DNA from: an uncultured Poribacteria bacterium
Lineage (GTDB): Bacteria; Poribacteria; WGA-4E; WGA-3G
DNA: 64,000 nucleotides
Assembly (NCBI GenBank): GCA_958296135.2
Contig: CATQHZ020000001.1
Span: forward strand, 448,001-512,000
Reading direction: 5' to 3'
Shown piece after piece: positions 48,250 through 58,824 of this stretch. Below the pieces are notes generated by a model, which saw nothing but the letters and a program-made list of their open reading frames with translations, was not told where the DNA came from and ran no database searches. How positions within the stretch are numbered: position 1 is the first letter of the stretch; each line of letters starts with the position of its first letter. A program made the position numbers and the translations under genes.

Positions 48250-51105
48250 CTACTTGGCATCCATCCAATTATCGCCAATGCCCGCCTCCGTGCGGAGAGG
48301 GACGCGCAGCGATGTGACGTTCTCCATCTCTTCACACACAATCGCGGCGTGTGTCTCCGCGAACGCTTCCGGCGTTTCAAGCACCAACTCATCGTGGATT
48401 TGCAGGAGCATCTTCAAGGGCAGCCGGTCCCTGTCGATGCGGTGTTGCACGCGCACCATGGCGGCTTTCATCAGATCTGCCGCTGTGCCTTGCACGACGG
48501 TATTGATTGCTAACCGTTCGCCTTGGCTCCGCCGATTTTGGGAGGTGGAGAAAATTTCAGGGATGGTGCGTCGCCGCCCCGTCAGCGTCTTAACATACCC
48601 CTGAGCCAATGCTTCCTCGATGCACTGTAGGAGAAAGCGATCTATCCCCGGAAACTGCGCTTTATAGTCCCGAATCAGCTGTGCTGCCTCCCGCACCTTC
48701 ATGCCTTTAATCCGCCGTGCGAGTCCCGTCGCGGACACGCCGTAGATGATGCCGAAGTTGATGCTCTTTGCTTTATCCCGAAGTGCTCGCGTGACTTCTG
48801 TCATCGGCACGTCAAACACTTGCGAGGCGACCGCGGTGTGGATGTCCAACTCCTGTGCAAATGCTTCAAGCAGCTGTTCATCTTGGCTAAAGTGCGCGAG
48901 TATGCGGAGTTCGATCTGCGAATAATCGGCGCAGATTAACTTACATCCGGCGGGTGCTTTGAAGGCGAGGCGAAGCTGCCTGCCAATTTCGGTGCGCACA
49001 GGAATGTTCTGCAGATTCGGCCGGTCGGATTTTAACCGTCCCGTCGCTGTCATCAGCTGATAGAAGTGGGTGTGAATCCGCTCGGTTTTTTCGTCTACGG
49101 CGTGTTGCAACTGCTCCAAGTAGGTGCTTTCAAGTTTACGAAATTGGCGATACTCCGTGATGAGGCGTGGGACGCCGGTCTTCGGCTGATTCACATCTTC
49201 GTTTACAGAGAGAGCCTCTAGCACGGTGACATCGGTTGAGACTTTTCCGCCCTTCGTCCGTTTCACGGGTTTGAAACCGAGTTCGCCGAACAGCACTACT
49301 GCTAGTTGCGGTGGCGAATCAATGTTAAAGGGGTGCCCGACGATGCCAAAAATCTGTTGCGCCCGCTGCTCAACGAGGTTTTGAATGACAGTCTTTTGCC
49401 GTTTCAACGCCTCTTTGTCGCAGATGATGCCGTGATATTCCATCTCTGCGAGGACAGGTGCGAGGGGTGATTCTATCTCCTGCACCAATTCGGTGATGCC
49501 CATTTCCTCCAACGTTGGCGTGAGGAAGTGGTAGAGCCGCAAGGCGATGTCGGCATCCTCTGCGGCGTAAAGCGTGGCTTTGTCCAAGGGGACTTTATCA
49601 ATTGAACGGTTGTCTTTCGGCTGAGCGAAGAGTGACAGTTCCGTATCTGTGTCCTCGTCAGCGATGAGTTCGTCAAAGGAGATCATCTTGTGATTGAGAC
49701 GATGCAATGCGAGGGTGTCCAGATTATGGGATGGCGTGCGTGCATCGACGAGTCGGCTCGCCAGCAGCGTATCAAATGCGACACCTTGGAGTTTCACGCC
49801 GTTGCGGATGAGAATGCCGGCATCAAACTTGAGGTTGTGTCCACACTTTGGCAATTCTGGGTTCTCCAGAATGGGTTTGAGATGCGCCAGCACCGTTTCG
49901 GCATCGAGATGCTGTTCTGGTTCAAGTGAGCGGATTGGCACATAGACACCGTGTTTCGGTTTCCACGCGAAACTTAACCCACAGAGTGCCGCCTCGCGTG
50001 CCAATCCATCGGTTTCGGTATCGAGACTCACCATTTTCTGCGCGGCGAGTGTCTCAACGAGTTCTTCCAATTGCGCGTGGGTGAGGATTGCCGAGTATTC
50101 GCCGGTTTCCGCGGTGTCGTAGTCGCCTTTTTCCAAAATGGCATCGGTTTTCTCTTCAAGTGCGGCTACGCGTTCCTTGCGCGTGGGAGTCTCAGGTGCG
50201 ATGGATGTCGCTTGTCCGCCAGCGAGTTCGTTGACAACCTTGTCGAAACGTTTGAGTTCGAGCTCTCGGAAGAGCGGTTGGATTTTCTGGAGCTCAAACG
50301 GTTTGACGCGCGCCTGCTCCAGCGAGAAATTTAAGTCTGCATCGCGTTTCAGCGTCACCAATTTTCGCGAGAGGGGCAGCTGCTGTTCGCGCGCTTTCTC
50401 TAAATTCTCACGCCGCTTGCCTTTAATCTCATCGATGTTGGCGAAAATCCCATCAATGGTGCCGAAATCGTAAATCAACTTCGCCGCCGTTTTCAAGCCG
50501 ATTCCTACCACGCCCGGCACATTGTCGGTACTATCGCCCATCAACGCCAACACATCAATGACTTGGGAGGGTTTAATCCGCTTCGTCTGCCACAAGGCGT
50601 GGACATCAATGGTTTTGTCGTTGTGGATGTCAAGCATCGTTACGCGCCGGCCGAGGAGTTGCTCGAGGTCTTTGTCTTTCGAGACGATAGCGACGTGGAC
50701 ATTGCGCGCTGTCGGTTCGTCAAGCACAGCTTGTGTGACAGATGCGATGATGTCGTCAGCCTCCAACTCCGTTGTGCCGAGCGTCAGGATGCCGAACGCC
50801 TTGAGCACCTGTTCGATGCGGTGAATCTGCGTCACGAGTTCGTCCGGTGGCGGCGAGCGATGCGCTTTGTAGTCGGCGTAAAGTTCATCGCGGAAGGTTT
50901 TGCCGGGCGTATCGATTGCGGCGACGACATACTTCGCCTGACATTCGGTAAGAAGTTTGAGCAGCGTGCTCGTAAAACCGAAGATGGCGTTGGTGGGTTC
51001 GCCTGTGATGGAGCTGGTTAGCCGAGTTCTGATGGCGTAGTATGCCCGGAATATCTCGGCGTACGTGTCGAGGATGTATAAGGTCTCTTGCTGTTGGGCT
51101 GGCAT
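48250..51105 (-). CDS. polA: DNA polymerase I
   Basis: 5'-3' exonuclease (EADD, GD.TDNVPGV.GIG.KTA), DTET, DYSQIELR, K.INFGI.YG and QIHDEL motifs. AGGAG RBS before the ATG at 51105. Confidence 0.97.
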   Translation of the reverse strand: MPAQQQETLYILDTYAEIFRAYYAIRTRLTSSITGEPTNAIFGFTSTLLKLLTECQAKYVVAAIDTPGKTFRDELYADYKAHRSPPPDELVTQIHRIEQVLKAFGILTLGTTELEADDIIASVTQAVLDEPTARNVHVAIVSKDKDLEQLLGRRVTMLDIHNDKTIDVHALWQTKRIKPSQVIDVLALMGDSTDNVPGVVGIGLKTAAKLIYDFGTIDGIFANIDEIKGKRRENLEKAREQQLPLSRKLVTLKRDADLNFSLEQARVKPFELQKIQPLFRELELKRFDKVVNELAGGQATSIAPETPTRKERVAALEEKTDAILEKGDYDTAETGEYSAILTHAQLEELVETLAAQKMVSLDTETDGLAREAALCGLSFAWKPKHGVYVPIRSLEPEQHLDAETVLAHLKPILENPELPKCGHNLKFDAGILIRNGVKLQGVAFDTLLASRLVDARTPSHNLDTLALHRLNHKMISFDELIADEDTDTELSLFAQPKDNRSIDKVPLDKATLYAAEDADIALRLYHFLTPTLEEMGITELVQEIESPLAPVLAEMEYHGIICDKEALKRQKTVIQNLVEQRAQQIFGIVGHPFNIDSPPQLAVVLFGELGFKPVKRTKGGKVSTDVTVLEALSVNEDVNQPKTGVPRLITEYRQFRKLESTYLEQLQHAVDEKTERIHTHFYQLMTATGRLKSDRPNLQNIPVRTEIGRQLRLAFKAPAGCKLICADYSQIELRILAHFSQDEQLLEAFAQELDIHTAVASQVFDVPMTEVTRALRDKAKSINFGIIYGVSATGLARRIKGMKVREAAQLIRDYKAQFPGIDRFLLQCIEEALAQGYVKTLTGRRRTIPEIFSTSQNRRSQGERLAINTVVQGTAADLMKAAMVRVQHRIDRDRLPLKMLLQIHDELVLETPEAFAETHAAIVCEEMENVTSLRVPLRTEAGIGDNWMDAK

Positions 51106-51308
51106 AGTTTTGTTGCTCCTAGCGGTTAAATCTTTTCGCTTCTGTAGGTTGCGCTCGCCCGAGCGCACCAAGTCAAACTCGTTTGGCAAGGATGCCAGAA
51201 CTTCAGACGCTGAGGCCAGAACTTCAGACGCTGAGGGATGACCGTTGTCCCTTTTCACTGCGGATAGCAAAACCGAAAACTGAATGGTGCTTGGGTTTAA
51301 GGCAGGTG

Positions 51309-52439
51309 CTACTCTGTCGGATAGTGCCACTTCCGCAGTGAATCGGCGGCAGACAACCCTGCCTCTTGCCCGAGGGCAAACGCTGTTGCAATCAGATTCC
51401 GCTGTCCGGAGACGATGTCCCCCGCGGCAAAGAGGCCCGGTATCGGCTCGCCGCCGCTATCCAGCATTTGCATATCCTCGTTCGTAACGATTAAGCCTTC
51501 CTCATCGTTCTGGTAATCCCACCCTTCCAAGAACTTCGTATTCGGAATTAAACCTTCGTCAACGAGGAAGCCGTGGAAATACAGTTCGGTGCCGTCTGCC
51601 ATCTCAAATCCGAGCAGATCTGTTTTCTTACCGATGTGCCGCTTAATTTTGGTTTCAATGACATTTATCTTCCGTTCGGCTACCTGTTTCAGCACCGGCG
51701 GCGACATGCCGTGCGGCCGGCCGTTTGTCAGAATCGTAATCTTATCCGTGAAATCCTGTGCGCCGAGTGCTGCGTCGTAGATATAGTCACCTACGCCGAG
51801 GAGAGCGAGGTGCTCGTTGACATGCAGATGGCCATCGCACCGGATGCAGACATGCCAGCCTTTTTTATTGCCCGCATAGCGGAACACGGTGGCATACTGC
51901 TTATACAACCGTGCCGCCTCGGCTTGGAACTCAATATCGGGCCACTTGTCGTCAAACCCGGCGGCGACTACCACGGTGCGTGCCCTGAAACGTTCCAGCT
52001 GCAGCGGCGCGTTTTTCTTGATTGGCGTGGTGGAGGCTTCTAGTTCAAAGAGTGCCCGCGGGGGACAGGCCCCCGCGCTACGGGTTTCGACGGTGGGCTC
52101 GCGGGAGCCAGCATCGCACGCGATGAGTTTGGTAACCATGCCATCGCGAATATCGATGCCTGTCTTCCGCTGCGCCGCGCCGAGCCTGAAGTCAACGACG
52201 GGACGACTCTCCAGCCACTTCATGAGTGCCTTGGCAAAATGCGGCCCGATGATGCCGGGGAACACCGGCGCATCCTCAATTTCTACGGACTTGGACCAGT
52301 AGGCGCGGCCGCGGCTGAAACTTACCTTGCCCGCGTGTAGCACCAACACATGTTTCATTTGATGGCTCGCGGAGATGGCGGCTTGCGTTCCCGCGGGCCC
52401 CGCGCCGATGACAGCGACATCGTAAATTGTTTCTGACAT
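51309..52439 (-). CDS. Thioredoxin-reductase-like FAD oxidoreductase
   Basis: GAGPAG, CIRCDG (CxxC) and GLFAAGD motifs. Confidence 0.8.
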   Translation of the reverse strand: MSETIYDVAVIGAGPAGTQAAISASHQMKHVLVLHAGKVSFSRGRAYWSKSVEIEDAPVFPGIIGPHFAKALMKWLESRPVVDFRLGAAQRKTGIDIRDGMVTKLIACDAGSREPTVETRSAGACPPRALFELEASTTPIKKNAPLQLERFRARTVVVAAGFDDKWPDIEFQAEAARLYKQYATVFRYAGNKKGWHVCIRCDGHLHVNEHLALLGVGDYIYDAALGAQDFTDKITILTNGRPHGMSPPVLKQVAERKINVIETKIKRHIGKKTDLLGFEMADGTELYFHGFLVDEGLIPNTKFLEGWDYQNDEEGLIVTNEDMQMLDSGGEPIPGLFAAGDIVSGQRNLIATAFALGQEAGLSAADSLRKWHYPTE

Positions 52440-52459
52440 TTTTCCTCCACATCTACTTT

Positions 52460-52622
52460 AACGCGGACAGTGGCTATCGCTGCAGTTCTGCACTGCATCG
52501 AGACGCGGGAGGGCTCTCCTACGGCCGCGCGGCACCATGGCTATCGCTGCAGTTCTTCGCTGCATCGAGACGCGGGAGGGCTCTCCTACGGCCGCGCGGG
52601 ACAGGGGCCATCGCGCTACGGT
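52460..52622. repeat. Tandem REP cluster
   Basis: TGGCTATCGCTGCAGTTCT...TGCATCGAGACGCGGGAGGGCTCTCCTACGGCCGCGCGG x2. Confidence 0.8.
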
Positions 52623-52650
52623 GAAAACGGTAAAATCGGCTGAGGCGAAA

Positions 52651-54096
52651 TCAGAACCCATATTTTTTCCACCGTTGGTTGACTAACTCAATTATCTCGT
52701 CCGACATGCGGATTTCCTGGGGCCATTCGCGCCGATACCCCTCTTCTGGCCATTTCGTCGTGGCATCAATCCCCATCTTGGAGCCCGCGCCCATGAGCGG
52801 TGCGGCGTGGTCCAACACATCGACAGGGCCTTCCACAATCGTCACATCGCGCTGCGGATCGACGTTGCTCCCGACGTAGAAAAGCACCTCCTCTACGTTC
52901 TGAACATTCACCGCTTTGTCTACCACGATGATAATCTTGCTGAACATCAGTTGCCCGAGGCCCCACAGGCTGTGCATAATTTTCTTGGCGTGGAACGGAT
53001 AACGTTTGTCAATAGCAATCAAGGCGAAGTTGTGAAACACGCCGAATAACGGCAGATTCATGTCCACCAATTCGGGCAGCTGCATTTTAATGAGCGGCAG
53101 GAAGATGCGCTCTGTCGCCTTGCCCATGTAGCAATCTTCCATCGGCGGTTTGCCGACGATAATCGTCTGGTAGATAGGATTTTTACGATGTGTTATCGCC
53201 GTGATGCGGAACACCGGATACTCGTCTGCCAGCGAGTAGAATCCCGTATGATCACCGAAGGGGCCTTCTATACAGGTTTCATCGGGTTCAATATATCCCT
53301 CAATGACGATGTCCGCGTTCGCCGGTACCAGCATATCAATAGTTTTGGCTGGCATCATCTCAACGTTTGATTTTCGTAGAAACCCGGCGAATAGGAGTTC
53401 GTCAATGCCAGAGGGGAGCGGTGCGGTGCCGATGTATGACATCACCGGGTCACCGCCGATAGCGATAGCTACCGGCATTTGTTGTCCGGCTTGCCGATAT
53501 TCGCGATGGTGGCTCGCGCCGTCGTGGTGAATCTGCCAGTGCATCGCTAACGCATAGGGATTGAGCTGTTGCAACCGATACGTGCCGACGTTCCGTTGTC
53601 CGGTGCGCAGGCTATGCGTATACACCTGCGGCAAGGTGATATATCTGTCGGCATCTAGGGGCCAGCATTTTATGAGCGGCAGTGTCTCTAACGATGCCTG
53701 TTCGCCGGTGAGTACCACTTCTTGGCTCGCGCCGCGTTTGACGGTTTTCGGCGGGAAGTTCGTCAACTGCGACAGGAGCCGCAGAATCTTTACCTTATCG
53801 AGGAGTGATTCGGGCGGTCCAAGTTTAATCAGTGCCTCAATTTCGGCGGCGATTTGCCCGAGGTCATCGACACCGAGGGCCATTGCCATCCGTTGAGCAG
53901 AGCCGTAGGTGTTGATGAGCAGCGGCATTTGGCTGCCTTCGACGTTTTCAAAGAGGAGGGCGGGGCCGCCGGCTTTGCTCACCCGGTCGGTGATTTCGGC
54001 GATTTCCAGGTCTGGTGAGACGTTTGTTTTAATGCGTTTGAGTTCGCCCGCCCGGTCTAGTGCTTTGACGAATTCTCTGAGACTTGCGTATGCCAT
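52651..54096 (-). CDS. UbiD family decarboxylase (menaquinone/futalosine-pathway type likely)
   Basis: GPALLFENV, EGPFGDHTGFY, GKPPMED and VLDHA...GSKMGIDAT motifs. Confidence 0.9.
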   Translation of the reverse strand: MAYASLREFVKALDRAGELKRIKTNVSPDLEIAEITDRVSKAGGPALLFENVEGSQMPLLINTYGSAQRMAMALGVDDLGQIAAEIEALIKLGPPESLLDKVKILRLLSQLTNFPPKTVKRGASQEVVLTGEQASLETLPLIKCWPLDADRYITLPQVYTHSLRTGQRNVGTYRLQQLNPYALAMHWQIHHDGASHHREYRQAGQQMPVAIAIGGDPVMSYIGTAPLPSGIDELLFAGFLRKSNVEMMPAKTIDMLVPANADIVIEGYIEPDETCIEGPFGDHTGFYSLADEYPVFRITAITHRKNPIYQTIIVGKPPMEDCYMGKATERIFLPLIKMQLPELVDMNLPLFGVFHNFALIAIDKRYPFHAKKIMHSLWGLGQLMFSKIIIVVDKAVNVQNVEEVLFYVGSNVDPQRDVTIVEGPVDVLDHAAPLMGAGSKMGIDATTKWPEEGYRREWPQEIRMSDEIIELVNQRWKKYGF

Positions 54097-54171
54097 ATTA
54101 TCCTTGATGCGGCGATTTGCTGCATAACGGTTGTGGAGCTCCGCCTGAATCACTCTAAGCCAACCGACTCT

Positions 54172-55914
54172 CTATCGCTTTAAAATCTGTTTTAACCCTT
54201 CGCGATAGTTCCGATTTTCGGGTTCAAGTTCGACAGCTTTTCGGATGGCTGTCTCGGCTTGGTGTTCATCGCCTTTTCGGAAGGCAATGAGCGCGAGTGT
54301 GTTGTAATACCTAGCGACGTTCGGCTTTAACGCAATCGCTTTCTGCGCGTAGCCGATAGCCGCGTCCAACTTGACACGGTGCTGTCCGTAAAGTTGCGCC
54401 AGGGCATGATACGCTTTTGGTAATCCGGATGCGAGGTACGCGGCTTCTGCTGCGTCCAAGTTCCCCTGGGCTGCCTGCAGTTCTCCGATGAGATGATACG
54501 TTTCAACGAGGAACGGCGGTTGCGCGGGCAATTCCGAACAAAGCGTGACAGCCTTTTCAAGTGCATCCAACGCCGCGTTGGTTTGCCCTTGATAGGCATA
54601 ACACAGGCCTAAATTGTGAGACGCTGCTGCATCGTCCGGCTTCAGTGCGAGGAGAGCCTGATATGCTTCACGCGCTGCTGCATACCGCTTTTGGTTCAAT
54701 AAAATGCGTCCTATCTTGCGATGCGCCTCTACAAACTGCGGTTCCAAGGCGATGGCTTGCCGATAGTGCTTCAAAGCCAGTTCGATGTTCCCTTCCGGTA
54801 GGCGCGCGTTGGTAGCACGCTGGCTTTGCATCAAATAGACGAATCCGAGTCCGGCGTGCGCTTGCGCGAAGTCCGGTTGGATTTGCAACGCTTTCTGTTG
54901 TGCGGCGAGTGCCTCTGGATATTTTTCTTGCATGGCATAGGCTATGCCGAGTCCATTGTAGGCTGTCGCTAACTTCGGATTTTGCCCGATGGCTTTCTCA
55001 TATTCCCACGCCGCCTTCTCAGCCAGGCCGATGTTGAGGTAAAGCCGGCCGATATTGGTGAGAATCTGCGCGCGTTCCATCGAATCCCGCGTCCGTTGCA
55101 ATGCGCCGCGCAACTGCTGGAGCGGCTGCAGCACGGCTTTCTGTTCTTCAAAGCGTGCCATCTGCGAGCGTGCCGCCGCCTTATCTCCGCTGCGGCGGTA
55201 TGCCTGTGCGAGGTTGTAGAGTGCCTCCAGCAGTTCTGCGTCGTACGCGTAAGCGTTCTGATACGCAGCGATAGCCGCTTCCCACTGTTTCTGCTGCGCG
55301 TAGAGCAGTCCCAGCTGGTAGTGCGCCGATGCCAGGTTTGGCGCGAGCGCGATGGCTCGTAACTGTTGCTGCCTTGCTTTGTCGCGCTTGCCCCGCTTGC
55401 TATAGACATTGCCGAGGTGATGATGAATCCTGGCATCGTTAGGCTGCAACGCCACTGCAATGTTGTAGGCGGCGAGTGCCGCTTCGTAGCGGTGCGTGTT
55501 TGCATAGGCACTGCCGAGCGCGGCGTGAATGTGGGCCCAATCGGGTGCAATGGCGAGCGCGTCTCGGTACGCCGTTATCGCCGCATCAAACTTTTCAAGC
55601 CCGGCGGATGCCAACCCTAAGCCGTAGAATGCCTCAGCACTTTGGGCGAGAGCCCCGCTTGCGGGGATTTTCCGTTTCTCTGTTCCAATGACGTGCTGAT
55701 ATTCGGCGGCGGCTTGCTCATAAGCCTCGATTTGCAAGTAAACCTTTGCCAATTGCAAGCGAATGCCAGTTTGAGTGGCATCCGCAGCTAGTTGGGCGCG
55801 ATACGCTTGAATCTTTGCGGCTGCCTCGCTTTGGAAACCGTCTGCGGGGTGAATTCTAAGGAGAAGCCACCCCACGAGAATAAGTGTGATAACGAGCAGA
55901 CAAGCGCGTTTCAT
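54172..55914 (-). CDS. Secreted/membrane-anchored TPR protein
   Basis: N-terminal hydrophobic segment followed by more than ten TPR-like repeats. Confidence 0.85.
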   Translation of the reverse strand: MKRACLLVITLILVGWLLLRIHPADGFQSEAAAKIQAYRAQLAADATQTGIRLQLAKVYLQIEAYEQAAAEYQHVIGTEKRKIPASGALAQSAEAFYGLGLASAGLEKFDAAITAYRDALAIAPDWAHIHAALGSAYANTHRYEAALAAYNIAVALQPNDARIHHHLGNVYSKRGKRDKARQQQLRAIALAPNLASAHYQLGLLYAQQKQWEAAIAAYQNAYAYDAELLEALYNLAQAYRRSGDKAAARSQMARFEEQKAVLQPLQQLRGALQRTRDSMERAQILTNIGRLYLNIGLAEKAAWEYEKAIGQNPKLATAYNGLGIAYAMQEKYPEALAAQQKALQIQPDFAQAHAGLGFVYLMQSQRATNARLPEGNIELALKHYRQAIALEPQFVEAHRKIGRILLNQKRYAAAREAYQALLALKPDDAAASHNLGLCYAYQGQTNAALDALEKAVTLCSELPAQPPFLVETYHLIGELQAAQGNLDAAEAAYLASGLPKAYHALAQLYGQHRVKLDAAIGYAQKAIALKPNVARYYNTLALIAFRKGDEHQAETAIRKAVELEPENRNYREGLKQILKR

Positions 55915-55919
55915 GGGTT

Positions 55920-56594
55920 TCAGCGATGCCGTTTGATGCGTCCCCATGTCGTAGCCAGTTTATCCAGCGGTTCAACCGGTGTTCCGCCGCCGATGATAAC
56001 CTCTCCGGAGACTTTGAAATCGTCAAAGCTCGCCGCGGTCTCCCATGCCCAGACACCGGCTTGGCCGGCGGCGTAGGCTTCGGCGGTTTCATCGGTGAGT
56101 TCACCTTGTTCTTCGCCGTTAATCCAGAGTTTCATGGCTGCACCTTCGACGACTACCTGCATGTCGAACCATTCGCCGTTTGCTACGGTGATGTTCACGC
56201 CGGCGAGTTCGCCGATTTTGTCGCGTGCATCCCACGCACCTGTTTTGTGCCGCCAGAGTTCCGTTTTGTTATCCGGAACATTGAGGTAGTAGACATAGTA
56301 TTCCATCTCGCTTTGCGCGCGGAAGACGATGCCCGCCCAGTTGCCTTCATCCAGTTGCACTTTCGCCTCAACGGTGTAGTCGTCCCAAGCCGCGTCGCCG
56401 ATGAGGGAGTGCTCGGCTCTCCCGCCTTTGGCGAGTTTATAGGTACCGGCTTCGACGCTCCACGTGCCGTTGGCGGGTGTCCAGTCGTCCGCGTTTGCGT
56501 CAAACGTCCACATCTGTTCGCCGGCGAAGGCGGGGGATGCGACGAGTGCCAAGACGCAAAGGACTCCGATAAGGGTTAAAAATAAATGTTTCAT
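55920..56594 (-). CDS. Secreted ConA-like/DUF1080 beta-sandwich protein with C-terminal LATTWG motif
   Basis: Signal peptide; W.DYTVE...AGIVFR...G..G...FDDF.V; ends VEPLDKLATTWGRIK. Confidence 0.75.
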   Translation of the reverse strand: MKHLFLTLIGVLCVLALVASPAFAGEQMWTFDANADDWTPANGTWSVEAGTYKLAKGGRAEHSLIGDAAWDDYTVEAKVQLDEGNWAGIVFRAQSEMEYYVYYLNVPDNKTELWRHKTGAWDARDKIGELAGVNITVANGEWFDMQVVVEGAAMKLWINGEEQGELTDETAEAYAAGQAGVWAWETAASFDDFKVSGEVIIGGGTPVEPLDKLATTWGRIKRHR

Positions 56595-56650
56595 AAATGC
56601 TCCTTTGTTACGTTGCGGTTTGCAACCGCGCTTTTTTAATGCATGAAAAT

Positions 56651-56748
56651 ATGATACCACACTCGCGATTAAATGTCAACCAAAATGTAGTGAAACCATT
56701 CTGGCACTTCATTTTTGTTTGACAGCGGCAATCAAAATTTGTTATACT
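56651..56748. promoter_or_regulatory. Divergent sigma70-type promoters
   Basis: Minus strand TTGACA-N17-TATCAT (56651-56679); plus strand TTGACA-N18-TATACT (56719-56748). Confidence 0.6.
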
Positions 56749-56807
56749 ATCCATAGCCGTTTCAATTCGTTAACATCGCGACTGCGACATTATGGAGGAA
56801 TCAGAAA

Positions 56808-57377
56808 ATGAACATGTTGGAACATCATCAATTTGCGCAAGAAGGCATTCTCCCCGAACACGTCACGATGACGTTGGAGGAATTTCTTGCCAGCGACTTC
56901 GATGGATATGAATACGTTCAAGGAGAATTAATACCTATGGGTGCAACATCGCTGAAGCATGGAGCAATCGGTGCGAATATCTTTCGGCAGTTAGACCGGT
57001 ATGTGTATGAGCATCAACTCGGCAAAGTGGTTTTCTCGGAGACGGGTTTCCGAGTCGGCGAACGCGTGCTCAAACCGGATGTTGCGTTTCTTTCTACCGC
57101 GCGCATCCCCGAAGACCAGGACAAGGCATCCCCTGTTCCACCAGACTTGGCGATCGAGGTGGTTTCCCCTACAGACGCGTGGAACCGCGTTGAAGAAAAG
57201 GCATTCGCCTATCTGGAAGCCGGGACACAGATGGTATGGGTGCTGATGCCCCGGTCGAAAGCCGTGATGGTGTATCGTCCGGAGGCAGTGCTCCGGCTTC
57301 TCACCCATAACGATACGCTCACCGGTGAGGATGTCGTTGAAGGCTTTTCCTGTCCGGTCGCGCTGCTTTTTGAATAG
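56808..57377 (+). CDS. Uma2 family endonuclease
   Basis: PDVAF, PPDLAIEVVSP and K...YL.AG...VW motifs. Confidence 0.92.
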   Translation: MNMLEHHQFAQEGILPEHVTMTLEEFLASDFDGYEYVQGELIPMGATSLKHGAIGANIFRQLDRYVYEHQLGKVVFSETGFRVGERVLKPDVAFLSTARIPEDQDKASPVPPDLAIEVVSPTDAWNRVEEKAFAYLEAGTQMVWVLMPRSKAVMVYRPEAVLRLLTHNDTLTGEDVVEGFSCPVALLFE

Positions 57378-57414
57378 GCGCACTGTTTTGTTTTTTTTTT
57401 CGGGAGGAGAAGGT

Positions 57415-58824
57415 ATGAAGCGAATCCAGAAACCCCCGCACGTCAACATCGCTGTGAAGAATTTCGGTCCGATTGCCGAAGGCACCGTCCAGCTGCGGCC
57501 GCTGACGGTGTTTGTCGGCCCGAGCCATACCGGCAAAACCTATTTTGCAACGCTGCTCTATGTCATGAGCCGTCATTTTGCCGGGTTCCCACGTTTCCCC
57601 TTTCCGCGGCGCGACAGGCCGCGGGCCTCGGCACCCTCCGGGGGCAAGTTGCGTGAACTGAAAACGGGCGAAACTCGGAAACCGTTGACATTCGCAGCGC
57701 TGCCGCAGCACATCCGTGAGGCAGTACACTCACATCTCCAAGATTCGCATCTATTGACAGAGCATCTTGAGACAGGTTTCGATCTGGATGTTGTTTCACA
57801 ACTCCGCCGTTCGGTTGATGGCCGTTGGCGGGACATGAAGGTTGCGCTGGCAGTTCGCGAGGAACACCGGCCCCCTCATTGGCAGCTCAACGTGGCAGGT
57901 TCCGTGGCCGGCCTCACCGTTGATGGTTCAATCAGCGAAGCAATGCCGCTTTTCGCCGAGGCAGCACCCTCGCGAGTTGAAGATGTCTGGGAATTGATGG
58001 GGCACCTGAACGGTGCTGCAGGGCATCCGTTCTATCTGCCGGCGAATCGCAGCGGCATTTTGCAGAGTCACGCGTTCATCGCTAGTGCCCTTACCGGGAG
58101 TTTCACCCGTGCAGCGTTTGAACATGTCACGGGTATCCCCACGTTTTCAACCGGCACGGAGGATTTCCTGCACCGCCTGATACGCTATCGGCCACATCAA
58201 GCACCGAACAAGGGCATGCTTGCGATTGCCGCCGATTTAGAGCGGGATGTGCTCGCGGGGCAGGTCATCGTGAAACCTTCGCCGAGTGGCTATCTGCAAT
58301 TCCTTTTTCGGCCGTGTGGGCTGAACGAAGAGATTCGGTTGAGCAACGCCTCGTCCATGGTATCGGAGCTTGCGCCGTTAGTGTTATTTATTCGGGGTGT
58401 TCTCCGCCCGGGGGATAGGCTCATTATTGAAGAGCCGGAGTCGCATCTGTCTCTGGCAGCGCAGCCGGAGATTGCGGTGGCTCTGGCGCGCTTGGTGAAA
58501 GCCGGTGTGGATGTGGTGGTGACAACGCACAGCGGTGGGTTCCTTGAGGAAATTGGCAACCTGATTCGCGAGGGAGAATTAGATGAAATTCTTGAGAAAC
58601 CCTACGGCGAATCGCCGGTGACGCTGAAGGCAGCAGATGTCGGTGTCTGGTACTTTCACCCGAACGGAATCGTCAAGGAGATTGAATACAACCGCATTGA
58701 GGGAGTCGATCCGGTGGAGTTTCTAGACGCAGAGGAAGATCTCTACAATCGTTCGGCGCGCCTTCAAAACAAACTTGCAAATTGGGAGCACCGCCAAGAG
58801 TATGAATGCGAGTCGGCTTCTTAA
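57415..58824 (+). CDS. ABC-type (AAA_15/AAA_21) ATPase
   Basis: NFGPI, GPSHTGKT, SSMVSELAP, IIEEPESHL and TTHS motifs; GGAGG RBS. Confidence 0.85.
   Translation: MKRIQKPPHVNIAVKNFGPIAEGTVQLRPLTVFVGPSHTGKTYFATLLYVMSRHFAGFPRFPFPRRDRPRASAPSGGKLRELKTGETRKPLTFAALPQHIREAVHSHLQDSHLLTEHLETGFDLDVVSQLRRSVDGRWRDMKVALAVREEHRPPHWQLNVAGSVAGLTVDGSISEAMPLFAEAAPSRVEDVWELMGHLNGAAGHPFYLPANRSGILQSHAFIASALTGSFTRAAFEHVTGIPTFSTGTEDFLHRLIRYRPHQAPNKGMLAIAADLERDVLAGQVIVKPSPSGYLQFLFRPCGLNEEIRLSNASSMVSELAPLVLFIRGVLRPGDRLIIEEPESHLSLAAQPEIAVALARLVKAGVDVVVTTHSGGFLEEIGNLIREGELDEILEKPYGESPVTLKAADVGVWYFHPNGIVKEIEYNRIEGVDPVEFLDAEEDLYNRSARLQNKLANWEHRQEYECESAS

Noticed and set aside
51106-51330. 75-aa N-terminal extension of polA with a SASEVLA repeat
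   Set aside because: It is an intergenic 21-bp tandem repeat plus a REP read in an open frame. The RBS supports the start at 51105.
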